64,000 bases of DNA from an uncultured Desulfobacterales bacterium (GTDB lineage Bacteria; Desulfobacterota; Desulfobacteria; Desulfobacterales; JAHEIW01): the NCBI GenBank assembly GCA_947259495.1, contig CAMYLV010000008.1:71939-135938 (forward strand). Reading direction: 5' to 3'. The notes beneath the pieces were generated by a model. The model worked only from the letters and a program-made list of their open reading frames with translations. It was not told the DNA's origin and made no database searches. Each line of letters begins with the position of its first letter. Position 1 is the first letter of the stretch. The position numbers were made by a program, and so were the translations under genes. Positions 27,065-35,895 of this stretch are shown here, in pieces.

Positions 27065-27263
27065 ATAAGCAAAAAAAACATAACTTATTAAAATTAAATA
27101 AAAAAATTGAGTTTACAGCTTTGAACTTACTGTCGGCCAAATGGAAAAAACGCCCCTAATAGACCCTTAACCATACAAGGCAGAAATCAATACCAATATC
27201 AGGCAAAGACGTCAAGGCGCCGATATTTTCATGTTAATGTTCCAAATGGCGGAATTGCGGCAT

Positions 27264-27320
27264 AAGTGGTTGTAGGAAAAAACATTTTTTATATTAGAAC
27301 TTTTTTTTGACAACCACTTT
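27264..27320. repeat. GTTGTCAAAAAAACGTT-family palindromic repeat, copy K3 (degenerate hairpin only)
   Basis: AAGTGGTTGTAGGAAAAAACATT...AACTTTTTTTTGACAACCACTT. The outer 10 bp pair perfectly. Confidence 0.6.
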
Positions 27321-27348
27321 ATAACTGCGCTCATTGAGTCATAAGCGG

Positions 27349-28512
27349 ATGAAACCCGAAAAAGAAATAAAAAATAACCCGATGTTCTGGTATCTGGCGG
27401 TCTTAACCATCTGTTCCACCATCGGATTGCAGACCTGGCAAACGCTGTTCAACAATTTTGCAGTGGACATCGCCGGACTGGAAGGCAATCATGTCGGGGT
27501 CATTCAATCGGTCCGGGAGATCCCCGGATTTTTGGCCCTGCTGGCCGTCTATGTCATCATGATCATCAGGGAGCATCGACTTTCAGCACTATCGATTCTG
27601 TTGATGGGGCTTGGGCTGGCCATCACAGGCTTACTGCCATTTTATGCCGGGCTTATTTTTACCACGCTGGTGATGAGTTTCGGGTTCCATTATTACGAAA
27701 CCACCAATATGTCCCTGACGTTGCAGTACTTTGATGCCCATACCTCGCCATGGGTATTTGGCAAACAGCGCAGCTATGCCGCCGCTTCCAGCATTGCCGT
27801 GGGACTGGCAATATATTTGATGGCTTTTTTCTTGAGCTTTTTGCAGATTTACCTGCTGATCGGCGCACTGATCATGGCCGCATCCCTATGGGCACTGACC
27901 CGCAAGCCGGAGCAACAGGATCTGATTGCCCAGCGCAAAAAGATGGTGTTTCGCAAAAAATACGGGCTGTTTTATTTTCTGACCTTCATGGCCGGCGCGC
28001 GCCGGCAGATTTTTATCGCTTTTTCAGTTCTGCTGATGGTGCAAAAATTCCAGTACTCGGTTCAGGAAGTAACCATCCTCTTTGTGATCAACAATCTGAT
28101 CAACTATTATCTGAGCCCCCTGATCGGACGAAGTATCATCCGCTTTGGCGAACGCAAGGTTTTATCCCTGGAATACCTCAGCCTGGTCTTCATCTTCCTG
28201 GGCTACGCTTTGACCGATTCTAAATGGATCGTAGCCGTCCTTTACGTTCTGGATCATATTTTCTTTAATTTTGCCATTGCCATTCGAACATTTTTCCAGA
28301 AAGTCGGCGATCCCCGGGATATTGCACCCAGCATGGCCGTGGGCTTTACCATCAATCATATCGCCGCTGTATTTCTGCCGGCCCTGGGGGGCTTTCTATG
28401 GGTTTGGGATTATCGTATTCCGTTTTTCGGCGGGGCTGCCATGGCTTTGATTTCATTGCTGGCGGTGCAGGGCATTGACAGCAGCATCCGGGAAAATAAA
28501 ATGGAAGAATAA
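27349..28512 (+). CDS. MFS-like multi-pass membrane transporter
   Basis: About 12 hydrophobic helices. The track start at 27334 is TTG; ATG at 27349. Confidence 0.65.
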   Translation: MKPEKEIKNNPMFWYLAVLTICSTIGLQTWQTLFNNFAVDIAGLEGNHVGVIQSVREIPGFLALLAVYVIMIIREHRLSALSILLMGLGLAITGLLPFYAGLIFTTLVMSFGFHYYETTNMSLTLQYFDAHTSPWVFGKQRSYAAASSIAVGLAIYLMAFFLSFLQIYLLIGALIMAASLWALTRKPEQQDLIAQRKKMVFRKKYGLFYFLTFMAGARRQIFIAFSVLLMVQKFQYSVQEVTILFVINNLINYYLSPLIGRSIIRFGERKVLSLEYLSLVFIFLGYALTDSKWIVAVLYVLDHIFFNFAIAIRTFFQKVGDPRDIAPSMAVGFTINHIAAVFLPALGGFLWVWDYRIPFFGGAAMALISLLAVQGIDSSIRENKMEE

Positions 28513-28537
28513 GGGCTTGCGCCATCAAAAAATACAA

Positions 28538-28566
28538 CGCCAGCCGGCTTCGATGCCCGGCTGGCG
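28538..28566. terminator. bidirectional terminator hairpin between convergent genes
   Basis: Perfect 10-bp stem CGCCAGCCGG/CCGGCTGGCG. The minus-strand reading is followed by TTGTATTTTTTG. Confidence 0.6.
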
Positions 28567-28624
28567 CGTGCGGTTTTCAAATATTGGAAACCCGTTTAAT
28601 CGGTTTTAAACTTTGGTGTAATCC

Positions 28625-29788
28625 CTATCCTTTAAGCGACAATTTCGGCTGGATGAAATTGTAATAGGCCGCTTCGGATACACTGCCCCAGGTGCCGACG
28701 ACCTTCTGGAAATTGGCAAAGGACTCGCTGACCTTTTTGGCCATGGGACTCTTGGCAGCTTCTTCCTGCACCACCTCTAAGGCCATTACGCGCAGCGCAT
28801 CGAGAACTTCATCCGGAAACTTGACCACTTCGACTTTGTGTTCGTTGATCAGGGTCTGCAGGGCCGCGCCGTTCTGAGCATCAAATTGCGTCAAGGCCCA
28901 CTGTTCAAGTTCCATACAGGCGGCATCAAGAATATGCTGCAGATCTCTGGGCAGTCCTTCATAGGCCGTTTTGTTGAAAAAATATTCCAGGTAGGTTCCG
29001 GGTTCGTGCCAGCCGGGATAATAGTAATACTTGGCGGCCTGATAAAATCCCATCCGCAGGTCATGCAGGGGTCCAACCCATTCGGTGGCATCGATAACAC
29101 CGCGCTCCAGGGAGGTGAAGATTTCACCACCGGGCAGCAGCACCACCGTGCCGCCGGCCTTGGCCACGACCTTACCGCCCAGACCGGGAATACGCATTTT
29201 CAGACCCTTGTAGTCATCGATGGTGTTGATGCGTTTGTTAAACCAGCCCCCCATCTGAACGCCGGTGGAGCCGCCGGGGCGCGGAATCAGGTTAAACGGC
29301 GCATAGGTTTCCTCCCAGAGCTTGAGCCCGTCCCCGCCATGAAACCAGGCGGCCATACCCTGGGCATTCATACCGAAAGGCACTGCTGCAAACCACTGGG
29401 TTGCGGGTTCTTTGCCGGCCCAGTAATAAGAAGCGCCACTGCCGGCCTCAACCGTGCCGTCGGAAACCGCCTGGAAGCTTTCCAGCGGCGGAACCAGCTC
29501 CCCGCCTGCAAAAACGTCGATGGTCAGGCGCCCGTCGGACATCTCATTAACCCGCTTTGCCAGGCGCTCGCAGCCTTCCTGCAGCACCGGAAGCTTGGGC
29601 GGCCAGGTGGTGACCATTTTCCACTTATACGTTTTTTTGGCAACGACCGCCGGCGCTTTTTCTACTGCTTTTTCGACCTTTTTTTCTTCTTCCTTGGCGC
29701 AGCCCACCAGGCCGGCGACACCCGCGGCTGCGGCGGCAGCTGAAGCCGCTCCGATACCCGCTTTTTTCAGAAAATCACGTCTCTTCAT
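28625..29788 (-). CDS. TRAP transporter substrate-binding protein (DctP-type, Tat signal)
   Basis: MKRRDFLKKAGIGAASAAAAAAG twin-arginine leader. 387 aa, adjacent to DctQ/DctM genes. Confidence 0.85.
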   Translation of the reverse strand: MKRRDFLKKAGIGAASAAAAAAGVAGLVGCAKEEEKKVEKAVEKAPAVVAKKTYKWKMVTTWPPKLPVLQEGCERLAKRVNEMSDGRLTIDVFAGGELVPPLESFQAVSDGTVEAGSGASYYWAGKEPATQWFAAVPFGMNAQGMAAWFHGGDGLKLWEETYAPFNLIPRPGGSTGVQMGGWFNKRINTIDDYKGLKMRIPGLGGKVVAKAGGTVVLLPGGEIFTSLERGVIDATEWVGPLHDLRMGFYQAAKYYYYPGWHEPGTYLEYFFNKTAYEGLPRDLQHILDAACMELEQWALTQFDAQNGAALQTLINEHKVEVVKFPDEVLDALRVMALEVVQEEAAKSPMAKKVSESFANFQKVVGTWGSVSEAAYYNFIQPKLSLKG

Positions 29789-29976
29789 AACGATCCTCCT
29801 TTAGGGTCAACTGTCAACACAAAAACGGTTTCGACTGAAACATTCCAATTAAAAACAACCAAATTTCCCTGAAAGATATATAAAATTGGCCAGCGCTCCA
29901 GGGCCAATAAATATGCGCTCACCTTAGTTGACAGATTGGCCGAAGTCAAGGCATACGACCAATTTTAAGGCGTATC

Positions 29977-31302
29977 TTAAGGCCCGAAAACCAGACGGGG
30001 CAACCAGGTGGCCAGTTTAGGGAAAAAGACAACAATTCCCAGCCCGATGAGCTGAAAAAAAACAAAGGGGATAATACCGCGATAGATATGGCCGGTCGTC
30101 ACTTCCGGCGGTGTCACCGCTTTAAGATAAAACAGTGAAAAACCAAACGGGGGCGTTAAAAACGACGTTTGCAGGTTGACCGCCAGCAGGATGCAAAACC
30201 AAACCGGGTCGTATCCGAAATCGATCATAATCGGTGCCAGAACCGGCACATGGATAAATGTAATTTCGATAAAGTCCAGAAAAAAACCGATGAAAAAGAT
30301 CAGAAGCATCACGATCGCCAGAACCGCGCCCTGGCTGTATTGATCGGCTATCCCGCCCAAAAACCCCCTGACAAGCTGATCGCCGCCCAGGCCCCGGAAA
30401 ACCAGCCCGAAAGCAGCCGCCCCGCACAGGATGATAAAGACCATGCAGGTTAAGCGCAGGGTGGTGTGCATGACTTCTTGCAGAATTTTTAAGCTAAACT
30501 TGCGGTTGACGATCGTCAGGAAGGTTGCGCCGACCGCACCCAGGGCCGCGGCCTCGGTCGGCGAGGCGATGCCGGCAAAGATGGAACCCAACACGGCCAC
30601 CATTAAAAATAAAGGCGGTAACAGCGCGCGGCCGACCCGGGCGGCAAGCTGGCGGGGACCGATCGCCGCCAGTTCTTCTTTCGAAATGGCCGGCGCCACA
30701 CCGGGCCTCAAAAAAGCAACGATCAGTATATAAAGGATAAAAAGACCCACCAGCAACAGACCCGGCAGCACCGCACCGATAAAAAGATCCCCGACCGAAA
30801 CCCCGACAATGTCACCGATGAGCACCAGCACGATGCTGGGCGGAATGATCTGCCCCAGGGTGCCGGAAGCCGATACCGTGCCGGTGGCCAGTTCTTTTTG
30901 ATATCCGCGCCTGAGCATCGTCGGCACGGCCAGCAATCCCATGGTCACCACGGTAGCGCCGACAATACCGGTGGAGGCCCCCAGCAGCGCACCGACCACA
31001 ACCACTGAAATCGCCAGGCCGCCCCGCAGGCGCCCGAAAAGCAGGCCCATGGTATCCAGCAATTCCTCCGCCAGTCCCGATCGTTCCAGCATAACACCCA
31101 TAAACACAAACAGGGGAACCGCAGCAAGTAATACGTTGGTCATGCGGCCCCAGATCCGCAGGGGCAGTAAGTTAAAAAAATCCCATCCAAAACCGATCAG
31201 GCCGAAGGTCAGCGCGGTGCCCAGCAGCGTAAAGGTAACCGGGAATCCGCCCATCAATAAAATCGTTAAGGCTAAAAACATCCAGGCGGCAAGATATTCC
31301 AT
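29977..31302 (-). CDS. TRAP transporter large permease (DctM family)
   Basis: 441-aa polytopic protein, typical DctM length and composition, overlapping the dctQ stop. Confidence 0.85.
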   Translation of the reverse strand: MEYLAAWMFLALTILLMGGFPVTFTLLGTALTFGLIGFGWDFFNLLPLRIWGRMTNVLLAAVPLFVFMGVMLERSGLAEELLDTMGLLFGRLRGGLAISVVVVGALLGASTGIVGATVVTMGLLAVPTMLRRGYQKELATGTVSASGTLGQIIPPSIVLVLIGDIVGVSVGDLFIGAVLPGLLLVGLFILYILIVAFLRPGVAPAISKEELAAIGPRQLAARVGRALLPPLFLMVAVLGSIFAGIASPTEAAALGAVGATFLTIVNRKFSLKILQEVMHTTLRLTCMVFIILCGAAAFGLVFRGLGGDQLVRGFLGGIADQYSQGAVLAIVMLLIFFIGFFLDFIEITFIHVPVLAPIMIDFGYDPVWFCILLAVNLQTSFLTPPFGFSLFYLKAVTPPEVTTGHIYRGIIPFVFFQLIGLGIVVFFPKLATWLPRLVFGP

Positions 31303-31832
31303 CAGGATTGTGCCTCCTTGGCCTTCTCAATTCCCAGAATCTGCATTAAGCTATGGCAGCCCAATGATATCCCCTGCAGCAGTAAGAGTGAGAACCCGAC
31401 CGGCATGCAGCCTTTAAGCACAAACCGAAAAGGAATGCCGCCGGGATCCGGTGAGCCCTCCAGAATGGCAAATGAATTTTGCATAAATCCCCAGGAGGTG
31501 GTAATCACCATGATACAGCCGGGTATCAGGAATAAAAGGACACCGCCCAAATTAATCCAGGCCCGGGCTTTGAATCCGACCCGCTGATAGATGATATCCA
31601 CCCGGACGTGACCGTCATGCAGCAGGGTATAGCCGGCACCCATCAGAAAAATAAAGCCAAACAGATGCCATTCCAGCTCCTGGGTAAAAACGAAACTGGT
31701 TTTAAACAGATAGCGCATAACCACATCGACAAATACCACCAGCACCAGGCCCAGCGTCACCCAGGCAACGCCCCGGCCGACCCACTGGTTGAGGGCATCG
31801 ATTAAGGCGCTCAATTTTTGAAGTGCTCGCAT
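31302..31832 (-). CDS. TRAP transporter small permease (DctQ family)
   Basis: 176 aa with 4 TM helices, immediately upstream of DctM. Confidence 0.8.
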   Translation of the reverse strand: MRALQKLSALIDALNQWVGRGVAWVTLGLVLVVFVDVVMRYLFKTSFVFTQELEWHLFGFIFLMGAGYTLLHDGHVRVDIIYQRVGFKARAWINLGGVLLFLIPGCIMVITTSWGFMQNSFAILEGSPDPGGIPFRFVLKGCMPVGFSLLLLQGISLGCHSLMQILGIEKAKEAQS

Positions 31833-32060
31833 TATGGATCCACCTTTATCTTTACAGGCGTTGGCGAAAGCAATGGGTTTAAGAAAGTGACTATAAAGAA
31901 ATGAAAATTTGGAGTCAAGATTTAATACGACGCCTGCGATTTAAGAGGCTGTTATGAAAGGTAGTCCCGGGGAGTATCGGGTAATCGGCAGATGATGTTA
32001 GCCGTCGTAAAAAACAGGAACATGGCCGTATTTTGTCCGCATAAAGCCGGTAAAAAAACC

Positions 32061-33074
32061 TCAGTTCCACACACCGGCGATTTCGCCACCGCACATTTGG
32101 CAGTGACCGTCTCTAACACGCAGGGCGCCCACTTGAAATCCCCAGCGTTCGATGACCATCTCGCCGCATTTCGGGCAGAAGGTATTTTCGCCGGCATTGC
32201 CGGGCACATTGCCGGTATATACGTATTTGAGCCCGGCCTGCAGCCCGATTTCACGGGCCCGCGTAAGCGTTTTCACCGGTGTGGCCGGACGGTCGGTTAG
32301 CTTATAGGTCGGATGAAACCGGCTGATATGCCACGGCGTGCCTGCCCCCAGGTCATGGGCGATGAATTCAGCCAGTTTTTGCAGCTCAACATTGTCGTCG
32401 TTGAGACCCGTCACGATCAGGGTGGTGACTTCTACAAAAATACCGGAGGCCTTCATGCGCCGCAAAGTTTCCTGGACATGTGCGAGACGCGCGCCGCACA
32501 AATCCTTGTAATATTTGTCGCTGAAGGCTTTCAAGTCCACATTGGCGGCATCCAGATAGGGATTGATCATCTCAAGCGCTTCGGGGGTCATATACCCGTT
32601 GGTGACAAAAACATTCCGGATGCCGCGCTCATGGGCAATTCTGGCGGTGTCATAGGCGAATTCAAAAAACACCGTCGGCTCGGTGTAGGTATAAGAGATA
32701 CTGCGGCAGCCGGATTTTGCGGCATCATCAACCACTTGCTGCGCGGTGACCGTATCGCCCATGATCATGCCTTTATGATCCGTTGGCATCTGCGCGATAT
32801 CGGCGTTCTGGCAAAACCGGCACCGCAAATTACAGCCCACGGTGGCTATCGAATAGGACAAGGTCCCTGGCAGGAAATGAAACAGGGGTTTTTTTTCGAT
32901 GGGATCCACATGCCGGGCAATGAGTTTGCCATAAACCAGGGTTTGCAGCTTGCCGGCTTTATTTTCCCGAACGCTGCACAGGCCCCGGCGCCCGTCTTTT
33001 ATCACACAGCGGTGGCTGCACAAATTGCATTTGACCCGGGTGCCGTCTAAAGGTTCATACAGATAGGCTTCCAT
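32061..33074 (-). CDS. amrS: AmmeMemoRadiSam system radical SAM enzyme
   Basis: N-terminal C-x2-C-x... KCNLCSHRCVIKDGRRGLCSVREN, then GCNLRCRFCQN (CxxxCxxC). PflA-like length of 337 aa with a C-terminal Cys cluster. Confidence 0.8.
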   Translation of the reverse strand: MEAYLYEPLDGTRVKCNLCSHRCVIKDGRRGLCSVRENKAGKLQTLVYGKLIARHVDPIEKKPLFHFLPGTLSYSIATVGCNLRCRFCQNADIAQMPTDHKGMIMGDTVTAQQVVDDAAKSGCRSISYTYTEPTVFFEFAYDTARIAHERGIRNVFVTNGYMTPEALEMINPYLDAANVDLKAFSDKYYKDLCGARLAHVQETLRRMKASGIFVEVTTLIVTGLNDDNVELQKLAEFIAHDLGAGTPWHISRFHPTYKLTDRPATPVKTLTRAREIGLQAGLKYVYTGNVPGNAGENTFCPKCGEMVIERWGFQVGALRVRDGHCQMCGGEIAGVWN

Positions 33075-33130
33075 CGATTTAGGTCTTTCCGTAATAAAAT
33101 TTGAAATCTAAAATCACGCCAGGCTTATCC

Positions 33131-33871
33131 TCATATCGCACCGCCCGAATCCCCGGCGTGGTAACGCATCGTCAGCGGGCGGGTCCTAAACTTCGGAACC
33201 AGCGAAACCACCATCCCGGCAAAAGCGCCAAACGGACAACGTTGAATGATTTTGGATTGCTCCAGACCGGCGGCAATTTTCCCCGATTGGGACGGCAACT
33301 GACATACGGTCCGCCAGGATACGGGTGTATGGCCGACGATTTTGCGAATTCGCTGTTTCAGTTCCCAGACACTGAAAAATTGCGCATGGTTAAAAATTGT
33401 CGCGGTAAACATGCCTTTTACGCGTCGCTGGACCCCTTTGATGGCATAACGGTTCAATACGCCGATAAAGATTCGATCTTTGGCGACCCGACAGGCCTCC
33501 TCCAGCGTTTTTTGGGGGTTATCGACAAATTCCAGAGTCGTAAATAAGCAGACGTAATTAAAAGAATTATCATCAAAGGGCAGGTCCTCGGCATAGCCCC
33601 GATAAAGATCGGCACGGTTGCCGATATTGCGCGATGCAATATCCAGCATGTATGTCGAGGGATCCAGGCCGGTCACCTGCAAGCCCATGTCCAGAAAAGC
33701 ATGCAGGCATGCACCGGTCCCGCACCCGATATCCAGTACCGATTCGCCCCGCATGGGCTTGAGCAATGTTTGCATCAGCCGGATTTCCAGTTCGAAAGCG
33801 GCTTTGCTTTCGGGCTTTTTCAGCCACCGCTCGTAGGCGATGGCATCTTTAAAATCGAATACACGGCCCAT
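33131..33871 (-). CDS. class I SAM-dependent methyltransferase (Methyltransf_11-like)
   Basis: VLDIGCGTGACLHAFLDMGLQVTGLDPS motif I. ATG 33871 is preferred over the TTG at 33907. Confidence 0.8.
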   Translation of the reverse strand: MGRVFDFKDAIAYERWLKKPESKAAFELEIRLMQTLLKPMRGESVLDIGCGTGACLHAFLDMGLQVTGLDPSTYMLDIASRNIGNRADLYRGYAEDLPFDDNSFNYVCLFTTLEFVDNPQKTLEEACRVAKDRIFIGVLNRYAIKGVQRRVKGMFTATIFNHAQFFSVWELKQRIRKIVGHTPVSWRTVCQLPSQSGKIAAGLEQSKIIQRCPFGAFAGMVVSLVPKFRTRPLTMRYHAGDSGGAI

Positions 33872-33971
33872 AGCAGATAATTTAAGTAATAAGTCGGATT
33901 TTAGCAAGGAAGAAAACCGCGGCTTGTTCTTCAGACTTTAACCCAGGAATAGCAGGGGCGCAGGCAGCGAT

Positions 33972-34076
33972 TTATAGGGGTTGTCAAAAAAACGTTACGG
34001 TATACAAACGTTTTTTTGACAACCCCTTATGCCGTACTTCCGTATTCCGGAACATTATTATGAAAAACGGTATAAC
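33972..34076. repeat. GTTGTCAAAAAAACGTT-family palindromic repeat, copy K1 (hairpin plus conserved tail)
   Basis: Perfect 20-bp stem GGGGTTGTCAAAAAAACGTT (33977-33996) / AACGTTTTTTTGACAACCCC (34007-34026), then the tail TTATGCCGTACTTCCGTATTCCGGAACATTATTATGAAAAACGGTATAAC, which is shared with 61711-61816. Confidence 0.8.
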
Positions 34077-34082
34077 AGAACC

Positions 34083-35588
34083 TCAACTCTTTTTGGCAGG
34101 CGTATCGGGCTTAGATTTTTTAGCAGTCCGGGGAGGGCTCTTTTTTTTGCGTGGGGGTCGTTTTTTAGGCGTCGACGCTTCTGAGTCCCCTGCCTTATTA
34201 GCGCCGGTGCCTTTGGGAGACCCGGGGCCGAAACCGAAAAATGCGCCCGGAAACGAGCGTTCCTTGGCTTTTGTTGGCGCGGGTGGCGCCTGAGAGCGTT
34301 TTTGGGCCCGATGCTGGCTGCGTTTTCGGCCTGATCTTCTGAGGCGGGATCTGCGCTCAGGAGCAATGGGTTTAGACTTATCGGTAACAAACCATTCGTT
34401 TCCAGGCCAGACAACGGGTATTTTGTATCCCAGCATTTCTTCCAGTGGCTCCAGGTGGTATACGTTGTCTTCACAGGCCAGTGCAAAGGCTTTGCCGGTT
34501 TTGCCCGCCCGGGCGGTGCGGCCGATGCGATGCACATAATTTTCAGAATCCTGGGGCAGGTCATAATTGATCACGTGGCTGATATCTTCAACATGTATGC
34601 CCCGGGAGGCAACATCGGTGGCCACCAGGATTTTAATATTACCATTTTTGAATTGCTCCATCAGCCGGAAACGCTTGCGCTGGGGCAAATCGCCGGTTAT
34701 CTTTTCCGCCGGCCAGCCATTGCCTTTCAGTTTTCGGGTCAACCAATCGACGCCGACTTTGGTATTCACGAATATGAGCATCCGATTCCAATCTTCTCTT
34801 TTTAGCAGACCCAGCAAAAGTTCCAGTTTCTTTTCCGATCCGACGTGAAATAACTGCTGGTCGATTCCCTCAACCGTTATGGTCTGCGGCGTGACCGATA
34901 TAAACTCGGGCAAATTCATGTATTCATAAGTCAGCTCCATGACCCGATAAGAAAGCGTCGCCGAAAAAAGCATGGATTGCCGCTTTTCATAAAGGGGCAG
35001 TTTGCGGAGCAGATAGCGCATATCTTTGGTAAACCCCAGGTCAAACAATCGATCCGCTTCATCGATCACTAAAATTTTGATGGCTTCTGCTTTAAAAATG
35101 CCCTGCTTATAATAATCAATGATACGCCCGGGTGTGCAGATGACGATATCAACTCCGCGGCGTAAGATCTGAGCCTGGCGTTTGTAATCAACACCACCGA
35201 CTACTTCGGCAATCTTTAAATCCGTAAACCGGCACAGAGTGCGGGCCTCCTCGTAAATCTGATGAGAAAGCTCCCGGGTGGGTGCGATAATGAGGGCCGA
35301 GGGCAAGCGCGGATCACGATCGGAAAACAGCAATAAGCGGGTAATAACCGTGACCAGAAAAGCCGCTGTTTTACCGGTGCCGGTCTGCGCCTGACCGGCA
35401 ACATCTTGACCGTTCAGTGAAAGGGGAAGGGTCTGCTCCTGGATCGGCGTGCAGAGCACAAAACCGGCGTCATTTAAAGCAGATAATAGTTGCGCCGGCA
35501 ATTCGAGCGTGTCAAATCGCTTTTCAGTTAGAAAATCCGGTTTTTCGGCGCGCGGCACAGGCGCCGCAGATTCAGACGTCTCAGACAT
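34083..35588 (-). CDS. DEAD-box ATP-dependent RNA helicase with basic C-terminal tail
   Basis: AQTGTGKT (motif I), VIDEADRLFDLGF (DEAD), SAT, HRIGRTARAG (motif VI), and a Lys/Arg/Pro-rich C-terminus. Confidence 0.9.
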   Translation of the reverse strand: MSETSESAAPVPRAEKPDFLTEKRFDTLELPAQLLSALNDAGFVLCTPIQEQTLPLSLNGQDVAGQAQTGTGKTAAFLVTVITRLLLFSDRDPRLPSALIIAPTRELSHQIYEEARTLCRFTDLKIAEVVGGVDYKRQAQILRRGVDIVICTPGRIIDYYKQGIFKAEAIKILVIDEADRLFDLGFTKDMRYLLRKLPLYEKRQSMLFSATLSYRVMELTYEYMNLPEFISVTPQTITVEGIDQQLFHVGSEKKLELLLGLLKREDWNRMLIFVNTKVGVDWLTRKLKGNGWPAEKITGDLPQRKRFRLMEQFKNGNIKILVATDVASRGIHVEDISHVINYDLPQDSENYVHRIGRTARAGKTGKAFALACEDNVYHLEPLEEMLGYKIPVVWPGNEWFVTDKSKPIAPERRSRLRRSGRKRSQHRAQKRSQAPPAPTKAKERSFPGAFFGFGPGSPKGTGANKAGDSEASTPKKRPPRKKKSPPRTAKKSKPDTPAKKS

Positions 35589-35706
35589 AAAGCTTTGTTT
35601 TTTCTATAATGGTTTGGTCGGCCCCATATCGATTTCAAATTCCTGGCGATTATATACTTTTATTGGATTATTTTGCAAGAAGGGAGAATAAACTCGATAC
35701 CGGGTC

Positions 35707-35769
35707 CCGGCTGCTGGTCTCTGGCCAACGGCCCGCGGCTGCTTGCCGCTCGCTGCCGGCCACTGGCTC
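35707..35769. repeat. solo tandem heptamer array (9 units, CTGGCYN flavour)
   Basis: CCGGCTG CTGGTCT CTGGCCA ACGGCCC GCGGCTG CTTGCCG CTCGCTG CCGGCCA CTGGCTC. Period 7; no inverted partner seen nearby. Confidence 0.6.
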
Positions 35770-35895
35770 AGATAGGTTTGAGGTGTTCCGCCGATTTAAA
35801 CTTAGGGACAGGATAATTCTACTGTTTGAATTAAGTTGCGCTGTATGCTAACAGAAGACGCGCTCGTTTCGCTTACGCCATATTGGAATAATACA

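Noticed and set aside
26880-27140. 86-aa minus-strand and 63-aa plus-strand ORFs in the AT-rich gap.
   Set aside because: They are low-complexity Phe/Lys/Asn-rich translations of AT-rich DNA, have no SD, and a terminator hairpin sits inside the plus-strand ORF. Only a small-peptide possibility is retained in the findings.
27247-27262. Sigma54-like TGGCGG-N7-GGCA upstream of the MFS-like gene.
   Set aside because: The -12 element is GGC rather than TGC, and the -24 element deviates from TGGCAC. No enhancer-binding-protein gene is nearby. The match is too weak.
28838-29743. 301-aa plus-strand ORF antisense to the TRAP substrate-binding protein. Comparable antisense ORFs occur at 32313-33050 and 22323-16.
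   Set aside because: These are antisense to strongly supported genes and have no family features.
35589-35895. Possible Moco riboswitch upstream of moeA.
   Set aside because: The GC-rich segment resolves into a period-7 tandem array. I could not find the conserved Moco-motif elements I remember (a CCUCCGAG-like 5' block and an AAAGGAGG 3' block overlapping the RBS). It needs cmscan to exclude formally.
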